A DNA stretch of 62,988 nucleotides, filler included, from Babesia bigemina (taxonomy: Eukaryota): the NCBI RefSeq assembly GCF_000981445.1. It is 9 parts of 9 records of this genome, joined end to end, with 100 filler letters (N's around TTAATTAATTAA, not from the genome) between each part and the next. Parts side by side here need not be neighbours in the genome. Positions count along the whole stretch, not along the records: positions 1 to 7,791 come from NW_012237254.1; positions 7,892 to 18,863 come from NW_012237255.1; 7 more parts are not named here. One strand, 5' to 3'. Shown piece by piece: positions 1 through 12,480 of this stretch. The position numbers and the translations under genes are program-made. The notes beneath the pieces were generated by a model. It worked only from the letters and a program-made list of their open reading frames with translations. It was not told the DNA's origin and did no database searches. How positions within the stretch are numbered: position 1 is the first letter of the stretch; every line of letters begins with the position of its first letter.

Positions 1-1
1 A

Positions 2-3000
2 AAGGCGCAGGAAGTTCATGATGCGTTGCAAAGTGTTGTCGTCAAGAGAGTTTACGGAATTCAACAGGATACTGCGTCAATTGCAGAGGCTAATAAAACA
101 CTTACCATCGAAGTTCAGAATTTAGACAAGTGGAAAGATGCCGCAGGGAAAGTGATTAAGATGGCGGAAGACAGGTGTGAGGAGATACTTAAGAGGGTTG
201 ACATAAATCATAAGGATAATGAAGGAGGAAAGAAAGGCCCCGTGATCTTACAGGAAGCTTCAAAGTTGAAGGATCACGGTAAAAATCTTTTGACTGCTGC
301 CAAAGATGCTAAGCAGAAAGTTGAGCAGAGAGTCAAGGATGCCTTGGACGCTGTGAAGGCCATGGACTCCGATCTCAGGAAGGATTTGTTTGACGTTAAG
401 GGAAAGATCAAGGAAGGGATTACTAAAGTTATTAACGAATTAAAAGTTGGTGATTTGGGTGAGGAAGTGCAAAAGGATTTGAAGAAATTGAGGGAGAAGA
501 TTGTTAAGCTTAGTGAAAACAATAAGGCCGAAGGTCTTGTAAGAGGGCAGTTGAAAGCTCTTGATCAGGAAACTCAGAATGTTAAGCAGAGGATTAACAA
601 AATTAAGAGTGAGACGGATAAGCAGCTTGAGGATAAATTTAGGACGAAGATCAAGGAGCCGCTTGACGTTAAAGTCAAAGCAGTCGAAGAAGCGATTGCG
701 AAGGTTTACGAGAGATTTAATTCACAAGACGGTAGTGTATCATCGGAGAATAAAAAGAAACTTCAAAAGATTTTCGAGCATATTAGAGGACAGGTTGCAG
801 ATATTAAGGGGATGAAAGGTGGTAAAACTGGTCTGGATGGGATTGTCGCAAACGTAAACGGTCTTTATGACGCATTTGTTGACAGCAACAACAGCGGGGT
901 TGACGATAGAGTTGACGGATGGCTTGGAAATATTTTGGGGATCAATGAGAATCAGCGAGGGACACAGACTGATGGGATGAAGGCTGTGACGTCTTGGATT
1001 AATGTGTATAATGGCAATGCTAGGAAGCTTGAAGACGCTTTGAAAATTGTTAAGGATCAAATTAAGAACGCGCTTAGCATCCAAATTAAAGCAGGTCAGA
1101 GGCAGATAACACGAGCAGACACAGAAGATAACATTGTCAAAAATCTTACGAAGGTCAAAGAGGCTTGCCGAGCATTTGCCGATGAACTTGATAAGCAGCT
1201 GACGAAAGAAGGAATTGAACAATTTGTGAAACCAATAGTCGAGGGCGTTCAACGTTTGTCAGGAGGGCATACTCGGTCGAGTGGTAATGCCGAACATCTC
1301 AAAACCGCCATTAGAGCCGCACTCATTGCACTCTGTAGTTGCGTCAGGCAGGTGGCCGCGGAAGTACAGTTCTTAGGCATAAGCATGTTTGGCGAAAAGA
1401 TAGACGCTATAAAGCAGACTGCTGATGGACTTCACACGAATCTTACCCATGCGACTAAATCCACCGAATCCAGTGATGCAAATCCCGACCCTGGCACAGC
1501 CCAAGCCGTGGACAAGGCGATTGACCAAGTGAGGGAGGGTGTTAAGGGGCTTGACGGTAAATTGAATGAAGTCAAACAGTCCGTTGTAGATGCAGTCAAA
1601 GGCCTTGACGAGGCTGTCACCGAGTACGACACCAAAGCTAGGCAGCAAGTCAAGGATGCGGCCAAGGGGGCGATTGACAAAGCGGCTAACGTGATTAGTA
1701 CTCAGAGTGATGAAAGTAAAATTGACTTGCAGAAAACGATGCCGAATTTCAGTCGCGAGCACAATGAAATACAAACTCAGCTTCCAAATAACCTCCGAGC
1801 ATTACTTGATCTGCACATTGGGAGCGATGACACAAGTGACGGTAAAAAAGACCAAGTAAAGCTGTCGAGAGATTTCAAAAAATATGATGATCATGTAAGC
1901 ATTGGCTCTCTAACGGACTACGTGTATGGACGACTCTCGCTAGCTATTGAGCAGGTTAGAGACGAGGGGCTGACTGAGATTGATGAGCTTATTGGTAAGA
2001 GAAGTGGCGTCGGCCCAGCAATCACAGAGGATGCATTCACCGGTGCGTTCGGCAAAATTGAGAAAGAGCTTAACTACATCACGAAATTGGTCTCTGACAA
2101 TGGAAGAGGTTTCCTGGGTGAAGGTTGATTCATAGACCAAAAAGGAGTCAAGACGCTGTTGGGTGCTCTAAACAAAGCGCTCGGTGATGGAAAGTTGGAT
2201 GAGGCTGACAAAGGCTTGGATCACATTAAGAAGGAAATCGAACTTCTGCAAACAGGGAAGTTTGACCCCAATTCCAAGAAAATTTATGAAGCCGTAGAAG
2301 TAATTAGGAAGGAGATTGAAGTGCTTAAGAAGAAGTTGAAGAGTTCAGATAACAATGATGTCATCATCAGATTGGAATATTTAAAAAATGATGGGCTTGG
2401 CGTCGAAAAATGGAACGGCAACGGTGGTAGTCCAGTAGATGGTCTCAAGAAAATCGAGGGTGAGCTTAGAAAACAAAATGGAGAATTAGGTACACAACCT
2501 GATATAATTCGCAGCGCTATAAACAAAATTCAGAGTGAACTTAAGAAGATAGGATACAGGTTGAATGATGAACTAGCATATGACGACGTAGTGGACAGGT
2601 TGCTGCGGTTGGAAATGCATATCGGGAAGGATGACCCTAGAAATGGCAACCTTCAGCAAATTGACGACGATATTAGTAAGCTGCGAGTAAACCAATTTGG
2701 TAAGAACACCGATAAAATTGATCAGTCCTGCAAAGCAATAAAAACAGAACTCAGAATGCTTCACTACCTTTTGCAAAATGGCAAAGATAATGACGTCATC
2801 GAAACGTTGAAAGATTTAATGGGCGCCGGATTCGGGCCTGGTGAGTGGCAAAAATATGACAACGAAAAGGGTCATGAGGCAATTGAAAAGGAACTACAAA
2901 GTCAACTGAAATCGTTGACCGGCCCACCCAAACAAATCGATGCAGGCATCCACCTCATTACCACTGTGCTTGAAGAGCTTAGAAAAAAGTTAAAAAGCGA

Positions 3001-6000
3001 GTCTGGAAGTCCTAATAATAGTGTGATAAGAACACTAGAAGATTTGCAAAAGAATGGGCTTGGTGGTGAGACAATGTCTTGGAATGGTAAAGATGGTCTC
3101 GGCAAAATTAAGCAGGACCTTCAAGAAAAAAATTGGCAGCTGGCGGCGGCAAGCAAAACCATTGAGGACGCAACCACGAATGTACTGGAGCAAACGAATA
3201 CTGTGCTTAAAAGTGCCAAACAGAGGTTGAGTCATGATCTCGTACCGTACGACAACATAGTGGCAAATATGCAGCAACTGCAGAAGATGATTGGGAAGGG
3301 AGATGATAAGGACGGTAATCTTCAAGCAATTCAAAAAGTGATTAATGAACTGCAAGAACAACAATTCCATCGGAAATCCAACACAATTGCGCAAGCAAAG
3401 AATATGATCGACGCAGAACTTAAAAGGCTTAAAAGTGAATTGCACAACGATGTTACCAAGCCGTTGAATAGATTGATGAAGGATGGGTTTGGCATCGGTG
3501 AAAAGTGGAATGGCCAGCATGCCAAGGGCTTCGACACTATCAATCATCATCTCCAACGTCAACAAGAAACGTTGTCACAACAACCCAAAAACATACAGGG
3601 CGGTGTCGAACTGATTGCCAATGAGCTTCAGAGTGTTCGAGGTAATCTCCAAGGTAAGGACAGCGACGATCCCAAAAACAGAGGCGTGATCCGTAATTTA
3701 CAATTCATGACAAAGCAAATCGGCAATAATGACGATGAAGGCCTTAAGAAAATAAAAAGTGACATGCAGTCCCTCAAGAACGACCAGGGCAAAGGGATCA
3801 CTGACAATTTAGATCAGCTCTCCAGAGATATTCAACACGCTGCTGCATACGCCGATTGGCACGTAACTCAGCTGGACAATCCACATATCGACGGCAAACT
3901 CAAAGGCATACAAGATGGTCTCACCAACCTCCAACTCACCGACCTGGCCGAAGCCATCACCATGTGCGACAATTTCCTTTGGGACGCCGACGAGATAGAG
4001 AAAAACACCATCGCCGCCCTTTGGAAGCACGCCGACGATGAGGTGGGCGATGCCATCAAGGACCTCACCAAGGAGGCCCGTGGGCTGTACGTGGACTCGG
4101 TGAGGGAAGCGTTGGAATTGTTTGCCAAGAAAGTCAACGAGGATTTAAACCTGCTGCCACATGAGATAAACAGGGATAGGTACGTGGGCTATAAAGGGTT
4201 CATGAATGCGGTGGAAGGTGAGAACGGCGTTAATATCAATAAGCTCAAGTGCGTGAAAAGCAGAGAACTGAAACTACTATCTTTCGTCTTCGGCGATTTC
4301 TTCGGTGAAGTCAACGAGTACGTCGAAGGGGAGCTCACCAGGCTGCACGATGAGCAGAACAAAGAGAAGAATCCCTCTTTGCCAGCAACCGAAGAGACAT
4401 ACACGCCTAAGCTTAATGATGTATATGAAGCGCTCACCGAGTTACTCGCCTACCTAAGGGACTATGATAGCGATGCCTACAAACTCACCGAGCTGCTTGA
4501 GAGGCTGACCAGGGCGCTGGGTAATTTGGCACCCTCCGACTTCAAGCACCCGTCCACTCCGCTGCTGGACACCGTCGCTCGCGGCCTTTCCAAATTTGCC
4601 GGTGAGTTCGGCAACACGTATATCTCCGCCTACTCCGGTCAGCGGTTCAGGGAGGAGCACTCCTACAAGTACGCCAAAGTTTTACTGAGCATGGTACCTA
4701 TGATGTACAAAGGGCTTACCAAGTTGGCGACGAAGTGTGCTGGTGACTGGAAACATCTTCATATTACTGAGTGCACCTCTGACGACAAGGACAACGCACT
4801 TGGCAACTACCTCACCAGGTGCGGCTACAGGGTGTCCACTTCCGGGAGGGAACAGGACGGCGAGTTGAACCACATGTTTACTGGCGCTGGAATTCACGAG
4901 CTACTTGTCACGCCAATTGAGGATGTGAGCATCGAGATGATGATTGGTGGTGAGCCAATCAAAAATGGAATGAACTTTGTTACCATCATATCGCTGCTCT
5001 ACAACACCCTATGCCACTACTTCCAGGTCTGCCACATCCCTGTTCCCCCTGAATCACGATACGCCTGCACAGTCAAGGACATGCTGTCGTGGCTCTCCGG
5101 GCTGCAGTATACACGTGTTGCAGACAAGCTGTCTGACCACTGCAAGGCGTTGCTCAACCGCCGGTGCCACGATGGCGACACCCCCCCACAGGGACGATCC
5201 CATCATGGCCATGTGCATTGGTGAGCTAACATATACCATTGCAACAACATGTTCACACTCCACCGCCCTGATCACCGCCATCCAGGGCAACGGCCAGGGC
5301 TTTGACCTCGCAGCCTACCCATATTCGGTTAACTTCTCCAACAACCGCGCCAGGCTCCATTACCCCGATGACCCAGACGCACTGCTTGAGATGCTTCGTG
5401 ATATAGTATGCCGTCTTTGTAGAGAGCTCTACTTCCTGTACTCCCAGTGCTGCTGCAGCACCGCCCGGGTCAAGGGGTGGCGAGAGTGCAGATACGGCAG
5501 GCAGGTGCAGTCACACAACTGGCAGTGTTATACATTTGACACGCAATACGCTACCAGTGCTACAACAACTACTGCTGCAACTACTACAACTACCACTTCC
5601 TCCACCACCATTCACGGCTGCCCTCCCACCTCGCCGCTCCAGTCGTTCCTCTCCGACAGCTGCCACGGACTCTTGCCGCATACCCTCACCGCTGCTGACG
5701 GGACCATCGAGTGTGCCAACTGCGCTGCCAACCAACCTGGCCAGCAGTGCCTCACTCTACTCGGCTTCTGGGATATAGGCTTTGCCGCGTCCATACGTGG
5801 CACCGGCTGGGATCTTGCTAAGCGCATCGGCGATATGTGCCGTGATGCCGATTCATGCCTGTTCGTGCTCTGTCGGACTCTGTTCTTGCTTTGCCCCGCC
5901 GCACCCTCATCACTCGCCGACGTGTTTGCATTGTATGCTCAGGTGTTACGGCAGTGGGACTCTCATGACCATGTTAAGCACCGTGGCGGCACGTACACCG

Positions 6001-6843
6001 ATGCCTCCGATTTCATATCGCACCTCAACACTGACGGCATCGACAGCCTCTTCCCACTGTGGACGCAGCTCCACGGCAGCTATGAAAATCACAAACTCAC
6101 CAGTGTCATTGCATCTCTCGCCGGCCATAACCATGAAAGCCACGATGCGCTGTCTAGCCTTTTCAACAACTCCACTTGCAAGTCACCCAGTGGCTGCGCT
6201 CCTTACCTCCAACCCCTAGGACTCCACGCCCACCACACCTACCCGCAGAAGCACGCTGGGCTATACATCACGTGGATAGTGTACCTGGCGTGGCAGTTAT
6301 GGGATTTGCTATGCGAACTACTGCAGGCGCTGGACAACATCGACTGCACGGCCTCCGGGTGCGCCACATGCCCCTGCCAACCCGGCATACACGGTGGGAA
6401 GGACACCTGCCACTGCCCTTCCATCGTCCAGTGCGCCGGAACCCTGCCCACCCTCTACCGCTACGGATTCACGTATCGCAACGCAGATCTCCTGGTCACT
6501 GACAACTATGCCATGTGCTGCGGAGACCTCAACGCACAACTCGAACAGGCACTGCACTCCGGCCACTTCACCGAATTGTTTCATCAAATTGACCAACTCA
6601 TCTGGCACATCCGGATGCCGTTCTTCTACTTCTTCATCGCACTGTGGTCTCTCGTGGCGCTGTACATACTCCACACTTTCCTCTACCGCATGGACATCTT
6701 ACGCATCAGGTCACATCTCCTGACCACCAAGGCCTCTCACCTCATCGACGTCAAGGCGCTACTCGTCCTTAGCAGAAAAATGCTCACTTTACCACGCCAG
6801 TTACTTCATTGACGACACCAAGCAGCTACTCAACTTAAAATAA
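2..6843 (+). pseudogene. ves1-like variant erythrocyte surface antigen (large coiled-coil, Cys-rich C-terminal domain, TM, ...HLIDVKALL tail type); 5'-truncated by the window edge and interrupted
   Basis: ORFs 26-2128 and 2159-5224 share a frame and are separated only by TGA 2126-2128. A frameshift in the C7 run at 5181-5187 joins ORF 4977-6812. A probable third shift near 6790 would restore a ...YHASYFIDD tail ending at 6843. Family motifs shared with paralogs here: MLSWLSGL, GWRECRYG, SPLQSFL, TM then RMDILRIRSHL. Confidence 0.8.
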
Positions 6844-7627
6844 TAATCATCGCAATTACACAATACATTGTACATGATGTGAGTTGATGTGTTTTACTGC
6901 GAGGTGATGTAATGTCTGTCAGTTAAGATTGTTACTTTCGTGGTCAACGTTGCCATCACTGTGCTCTCATGTGTACCCATGGCACTGACCAGGCATCCGA
7001 CCTGGTGACTGACCCAGGCACCTGACCAAATAACTATCCCAGTACATAATGCGATACTCAACGTAAACGTAGACTTTAATTGGGTAGGTACGGTGGGACG
7101 TTGCTTGCTTTTTACGTTGAGTTACGTAGTACTTGTGAGACCTGTCTACGGCATCTCATCTGGCGAGTGTTACGTGAAGATAGGTGTTTGGCCACCGAGG
7201 CAGGCAGCTGGCGTTTGCTGTTCTAGGTGAGTTGCTATATAGTTTCGAGGTTAGTGGCTGAAATGTCAGTAATGCGCTACGCCAGGCAATGGTGCCGGGA
7301 CTGACGTGATGGCCAGTGGACGGCGTAGTTGTGACAGCGATGGTAACAGGGTAAATGCAAAACGTATTGACCACACAGAAAAGCTCACATATACATTCGT
7401 CGGAGCATTAATGTGATGACCTTTACATGAGGCACTGCCAACTTCATACTGTCTAATGGATGGAGTTAATTGCCCAGCAGGTGTCGGTAGACCTGCATGC
7501 CACGGCGAGGATGGTATCAACATGCTTTAGCTTGATTGTACTTCAGTTGTGATAGCTGCATAGTTGTGATGTGAGTGGCGCCGACGGTAGATGGTCAGTG
7601 TCCTAGCTAAGGTGCGTGTTCATGAGT

Positions 7628-7791
7628 GGTTGGTGAGTGCGTTGCTAGGTGATTGATATGGTTGCAGGTTGAGGGGACTGGGAGCGGCAGTGGTACGTGT
7701 TGCAGTTGGTGAGTGCGTTGCTAGGTGATTGATATGGTTGCAGGTTGAGGGGACTGGGAGCGGCAGTGGTAGTGTTGCAGTTGGTGAGTGC
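7628..7791 (+). repeat. Start of ~76-bp tandem repeat (same family as 33689-34380)
   Basis: TGGTGAGTGCGTTGCTAGGTGATTGATATGGTTGCAGGTTGAGGGGACTGGGAGCGGCAGTGGTACGTGTTGCAGT recurs at 7631 and 7707 and runs into the gap. Confidence 0.9.
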
Positions 7792-7891
7792 NNNNNNNNN
7801 NNNNNNNNNNNNNNNNNNNNNNNNNNNNNNNNNNNTTAATTAATTAANNNNNNNNNNNNNNNNNNNNNNNNNNNNNNNNNNNNNNNNNNNN
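7792..7891. other. Artificial contig linker N44-TTAATTAATTAA-N44 (also 18864-18963, 33589-33688, 36852-36951, 44653-44752, 51853-51952, 56569-56668, 59934-60033)
   Basis: Eight identical 100-nt spacers with a stop-in-all-frames core. Confidence 0.98.
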
Positions 7892-8646
7892 TAGACCTAA
7901 ACCCTAAAAACCCTAAAACCCTAAACCCTAGAACCCTAGGCCCTAGAACCCTAAAACCCTAAAGCCTAAAACCCTAAACCCTTAAACCCTAAAACCCTAA
8001 AACCCTAGACCGTAAAACCCTAAAACCCTAGACCCTAAACCCTAAACCCTAAAAGCCGAAACCCGAAAAACCCTAAACCCTAAAACCGTAAAACGCTAAA
8101 CCCGAAGACCCTAAAAACCCTAAAACCCTAAAAACCCTAAAAACCTAAAAACCCGAAACCGAAAACCCTAGAAACCCGAGAACCCTAAAACCCTAAAAGC
8201 CTAAAACCCTAAAACCCTAAAAAACCCTAAACCCTAAAACGCTAGAAAACCCTAAACCCTAAAACCCTAAAACCCTAAACCCTAAACCTAAACCCTAAAA
8301 CCCTAAAACCCTAAGACCCTGAAAACCCTAAGAACCCTAAACGCTAAAAACCCTAAACCCTAAAAACCCTAAACCCTAAAACCCTAAGACCCTAAGACCC
8401 TAAAACCCTAAAAACCCTAGACCCTAAACCCTAAAACCCTAAACCCTAAAACCCAAAACCCTAAAACCCTAAAACCCTAAAACCCTAAACCCTAAACCCT
8501 AAACCCTAAAACCCCTAAACCCTAAACCAAACCCTAAACCCTAAAAAACCCTAAAACCCTAAAAACCCTAAACCCTAAAACCCTAAAACCCTAAGAACCT
8601 AAAACCCTAAGAACCTAAGAACCTAAAAAAAACCTAAAAACCTAAG
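7892..8646 (+). repeat. Telomeric repeat array (CCCTAAA, many CCCTAAAA/CCCTAGA variants); chromosome left end
   Basis: About 750 bp of C-rich CCCTA(A)n repeats at the contig start, degenerating inward. Matches the plant-type TTTAGGG telomere of apicomplexans. Confidence 0.93.
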
Positions 8647-8689
8647 CCCAGTGACCTGGCCTCCTAACCCTAGAATTCTAGGACCTCAT

Positions 8690-9590
8690 CTACTCATCTT
8701 CCAGTTTCTGGCCTTAGATAAGCCTTGATTCTAATGTGCCTTGTTATTGCTACTCATCTTATCTTATTCAGCTACTCATCTTATCTTATTCAGCTACTCA
8801 TCTTATCTTATTCAGCTACTCATCTTATCTTATTCAGCTACTCATCTAATCTTATTCAGCTACTCATCTTATCTTATTCAGCTACTCATCTTCCTGTTTC
8901 TGGCCTTAGATAAGCCTAGATTCTCATCTATCATATTCAGCTACTCATCTCATTTATCAGCTACTCATCTTATCTTATTCAGCTACTCATCTTATCTTAT
9001 TCAGCTACTCATCTTCCTGTTTCTGGCCTTAGATAAGCCTTGATTCTAATTTGCCTTGTTATTGCTACTCATCTTATCTTATTCAGCTACTCATCTTATC
9101 TTATTCAGCTACTCATCTTATCTTATTCAGCTACTCATCTCATCTTATTCAGCTACTCATCTTATCTTATTCAGCTACTCATCTTATCTTATTCAGCTAC
9201 TCATCTTATCTTATTCAGCTACTCATCTTATCTTATTCAGCTACTCATCTTATTCAGCTACTCATCTTATTCAGCTACTCATCTTATCTTATTCAGCTAC
9301 TCATCTTATCTTATTCAGCTACTCATCTTATCTTATTCAGCTACTCATCTTATCTTATTCAGCTACTCATCTTATCTTATTCAGCTACGCATCTTATCTT
9401 ATTCAGCTACTCATCTTATCTTATTCAGCTACTCATCTTCCTGTTTCTGGCCTTAGATAAGCCTTGATTCTAATTTGCCTTGTTATTGCTACTCATCTTA
9501 TTCAGCTACTCATCTTATCTTATTCAGCTACTCATCTTCCTGTTTCTGGCCTTAGATAAGCCTTGATTCTAATTTGCCTTGTTATTGTAA
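8690..9590 (+). repeat. Telomere-associated 22-bp satellite (CTACTCATCTTATCTTATTCAG)n punctuated by a ~50-bp spacer
   Basis: Tandem 22-mers. Spacer CTTCCTGTTTCTGGCCTTAGATAAGCCTTGATTCTAATTTGCCTTGTTATTG (or part of it) near 8700, 8890, 9013, 9437 and 9536. Confidence 0.95.
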
Positions 9591-11298
9591 TTTCACTATG
9601 CACGTACAATCACTATGTGCCGCCTAACTCAGCGTACAATTCGCCTACAACTCCACCACCTTAATCACCAAGCCAATCTCCACCCTAATGACTCAACGCT
9701 GCCTAGGTGGGACGGATGGGCTGGCACCGCTAGTACGCACCTTTCCCCGCCACTACCAACGCTATGAGTGCGCTACCCGTGTGCCTAATCAACGCTACTG
9801 TGACGCTACTCAGTGTCTCTATTTCGGCGCTTAACTGCCACGCCTCGCCACCGAACGCAGCCACCGATGTGAACAACACGAAAGCAAAGCACTCAACAAA
9901 TCACTGCACAGCACATTAAACAACGCCTTCACCAACACTATAATCAAATACACAACCAACCAATCAACCAAATCACGAACCAAACACCTCACCAAAGCGC
10001 TACCCAATAGGCCCACCAATGCCCCATGCAGAGCAACTGTCGATGGCCGGACGGAAACCAAGCGCCAAAAACCAAACAGAACTAACGGAACCAAGCCGAA
10101 AAAGCGTTAAAATGACTAACACAAACACATGAATGCTTATTTTTCTCACCATTATGTCATTATGGCTCACATTGTTTTATCGCTACTTAACTCAGTTTTT
10201 TCTGGAGTGTCTCACCACTTACACACCAGCTCACCTAACTTGGATAACTCACGTAACTTAATAAATTGATAATCATGAATAGCTCGACTTAATCTTGCAA
10301 TAGGGGTGACGCAATCCGGGTGCAAAACCGGACGTGCGACACCGGCCTGAAATCAGCGGTGCTGAGATCAGGACAGTCGAGTGGTCGGTTTCCGAGCTCC
10401 GTCGGCCTGAAGAGAATAAGAGCAAAGCATACACATGTATACAAATGCGCACGTAGCATTAGACATAAATATGGTTAATGTAGAACGCTTAAAATATTAA
10501 GAAAACACCTACGCAAGCAAACGGCACCTAACACACTAAGCAATATTAATAAACTAACCAACTATATAAGTAGAGCACGGCAGAGTGGATTCCGGTCGTC
10601 TAGAAAGTCAAAGGGTGGCCTTGTGTCTAGAAAATTGAAAAGGAAAGATTGATGTTTTTAGACACAGTTCACCAGACGCCCAGCCGGCCATCCAAGATGC
10701 CAAAATCGATATATATTATAACGACTACAGCGTCTTGAATTTCGTAACGGCACAGCCAAACGTCTGGGAGAATGCTGGCCAAACATTCTGAACGCGCAGC
10801 ATGCAACAAGGAGTTGCCATCAAAATGCGTGCATGCGGGGACATGCAGCTGTCTGCACTAGGGTGCGATAAGATTACAGGTGCACCGGATGCACAGATTC
10901 CGCGATGTTGTCCAGCGCTAAGCTGTCTTGTAATGTCGCTACCTAATTGTCATTTTGTGAGCTACAGCGTGAGCTATGTGACGTGATCTTTACATGCGTG
11001 TGGAAATACGCGAGGCTCGCGGCCTTGGTCGCTCATTTAATATGCCGATCTACATATGCAGTACATGCATGCAGCTGCACGCGGCTGCGTTTTTGGAGCG
11101 CCGGAATGGGGAGCAGTAGTAGAATATTCCCGATTATTTTCGGGTAGAGCTCTTAGAGCTGCTTCCGCGATACACATCGCTTGTCGACGTCGCAGCGCAC
11201 TCCCTAGCTCCGTTAGAGGCGTCGGGGAGTGATGCGCTGCAATTTCAAACATACCGTGATTTTGTAAGCTCCCTGGTTGTCTCACTATTTGCAGGAAA

Positions 11299-12480
11299 AT
11301 GGCACGCGTCAAGATGATGCGCCAGGCAACCCTGCACGAGTACTGTTCCGTTACAGACGCGCCGCCAGGCGACTCACCGAAATCAGAGAAGCAGCCTCCG
11401 AGGAAACGACCCAAAACAGACGCTACGCAGTGTCAGTTGAAATCACAGACCGCCAACCCTTCGCCCGTGGCGGAGGACGACGACTACGCATGGAGTCCGT
11501 GGCACAGCTACACGGAGGAAGACCCTGAGGCTTCCCTCGACGATGTGCAGCAAGATGCGCTGGAAAAGCAGCAGCCCGTGGAGCTGCAGACACCAACCGC
11601 CCATAAGAATGCGTTGGTGGTGCCAGAGCTGTTTGTAACAGCGCCGCAGCCAGTATGGACGACCATGGAGATGCCACCGGACGTCGGAGACCTGCAGCAG
11701 CATTATACGGCAGACGAAGGAGCGGTTGTACCGACTCCAGCGAACTCACCTACACGCGGAACCCTGTGGGCCAAAGTCGGCAGGATCAAGGACGAGCTTG
11801 CGGACGTCATGGCCAAAAACTACGCGGACCCGTACGACCCGAGACAGACGGCGCGCGAGGAGCGGATTCGGGAGCTGGGATGTGCATACGACGTGGCACT
11901 CGATGACGCCAAATTTCATGACTGGCAGACGGAACGCAGCAGACAAATTCAGATGTCAGCCACCGAGACCTCGCAGACGGCTGAGCCTCAGCGGGACTAC
12001 ATTACCCTGGAGGACATCGACTACCGCAGCCTGGTCAGCGTGCAACGGTTCAACTATCTAGTACCTTCAGAATCGCAAGACGACGGCGGTAGCGGTGAAA
12101 TACAGAACGCTGAGCAGGTACCTCAGAACAGTGAGGCATCGGAGAAGCCGTCTCCGAACGTCGTCCGTCACGTCGTGCACCAGCCGCCAACCGACGAGCG
12201 CGGCAGGTTACTCAGATGGAACACAGATCCGAGGGACGCAATCACGTCACGGTATTTAGGCAATTATTCTCCGGAGCTGCTGCCGTGCTCGTTCTGCGCC
12301 CTGCTGCCTGTATTACCATGGGAACGTCGTTGGAGGAACACACCTGCGAAGTGCAAATGTGCAAAACGGAGATACGTGTCCACGGCGCAGCGCAAACGGC
12401 GCCGCCTTCAATATTTGAAGAGTATGGGCAAAATTCACTGTAGCGCTAAAATAGAGCAGGACACGGGCACAGCCGAGTAG
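11299..12480 (+). CDS. Hypothetical protein, 393 aa; disordered acidic N-terminus, C-terminal CxxC...CxC cluster and basic NLS-like segments
   Basis: Long GC-rich ORF in AT-richer flanks. PRKRPK and RKRRR motifs; PCSFC...KCKC. TTTGCAG just upstream may be a splice acceptor. Confidence 0.7.
   Translation: MARVKMMRQATLHEYCSVTDAPPGDSPKSEKQPPRKRPKTDATQCQLKSQTANPSPVAEDDDYAWSPWHSYTEEDPEASLDDVQQDALEKQQPVELQTPTAHKNALVVPELFVTAPQPVWTTMEMPPDVGDLQQHYTADEGAVVPTPANSPTRGTLWAKVGRIKDELADVMAKNYADPYDPRQTAREERIRELGCAYDVALDDAKFHDWQTERSRQIQMSATETSQTAEPQRDYITLEDIDYRSLVSVQRFNYLVPSESQDDGGSGEIQNAEQVPQNSEASEKPSPNVVRHVVHQPPTDERGRLLRWNTDPRDAITSRYLGNYSPELLPCSFCALLPVLPWERRWRNTPAKCKCAKRRYVSTAQRKRRRLQYLKSMGKIHCSAKIEQDTGTAE

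Noticed and set aside
7792..7891. TTAATTAATTAA palindrome recurring eight times
   Set aside because: Always centred in identical N spacers; an assembly linker, not biology.
7892..8646. Variable A-run length as a novel telomere repeat
   Set aside because: Cannot be separated from homopolymer sequencing error or normal proximal degeneration without reads.
8725..9467. Hydrophobic repetitive ORFs (LILSYSATH...)
   Set aside because: Translations of the subtelomeric 22-mer satellite.
8690..9590. Repeat-spacer pattern superficially like a CRISPR array
   Set aside because: The spacers are themselves repeated, the context is eukaryotic and there are no cas genes.
10395..10430. CTGAAGA as a hammerhead ribozyme core; TTGCAC loop nearby as U1/U2 snRNA
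   Set aside because: No matching GAAA/stem II, no ACTTACCTG or U2 5' motif, and no Sm site.
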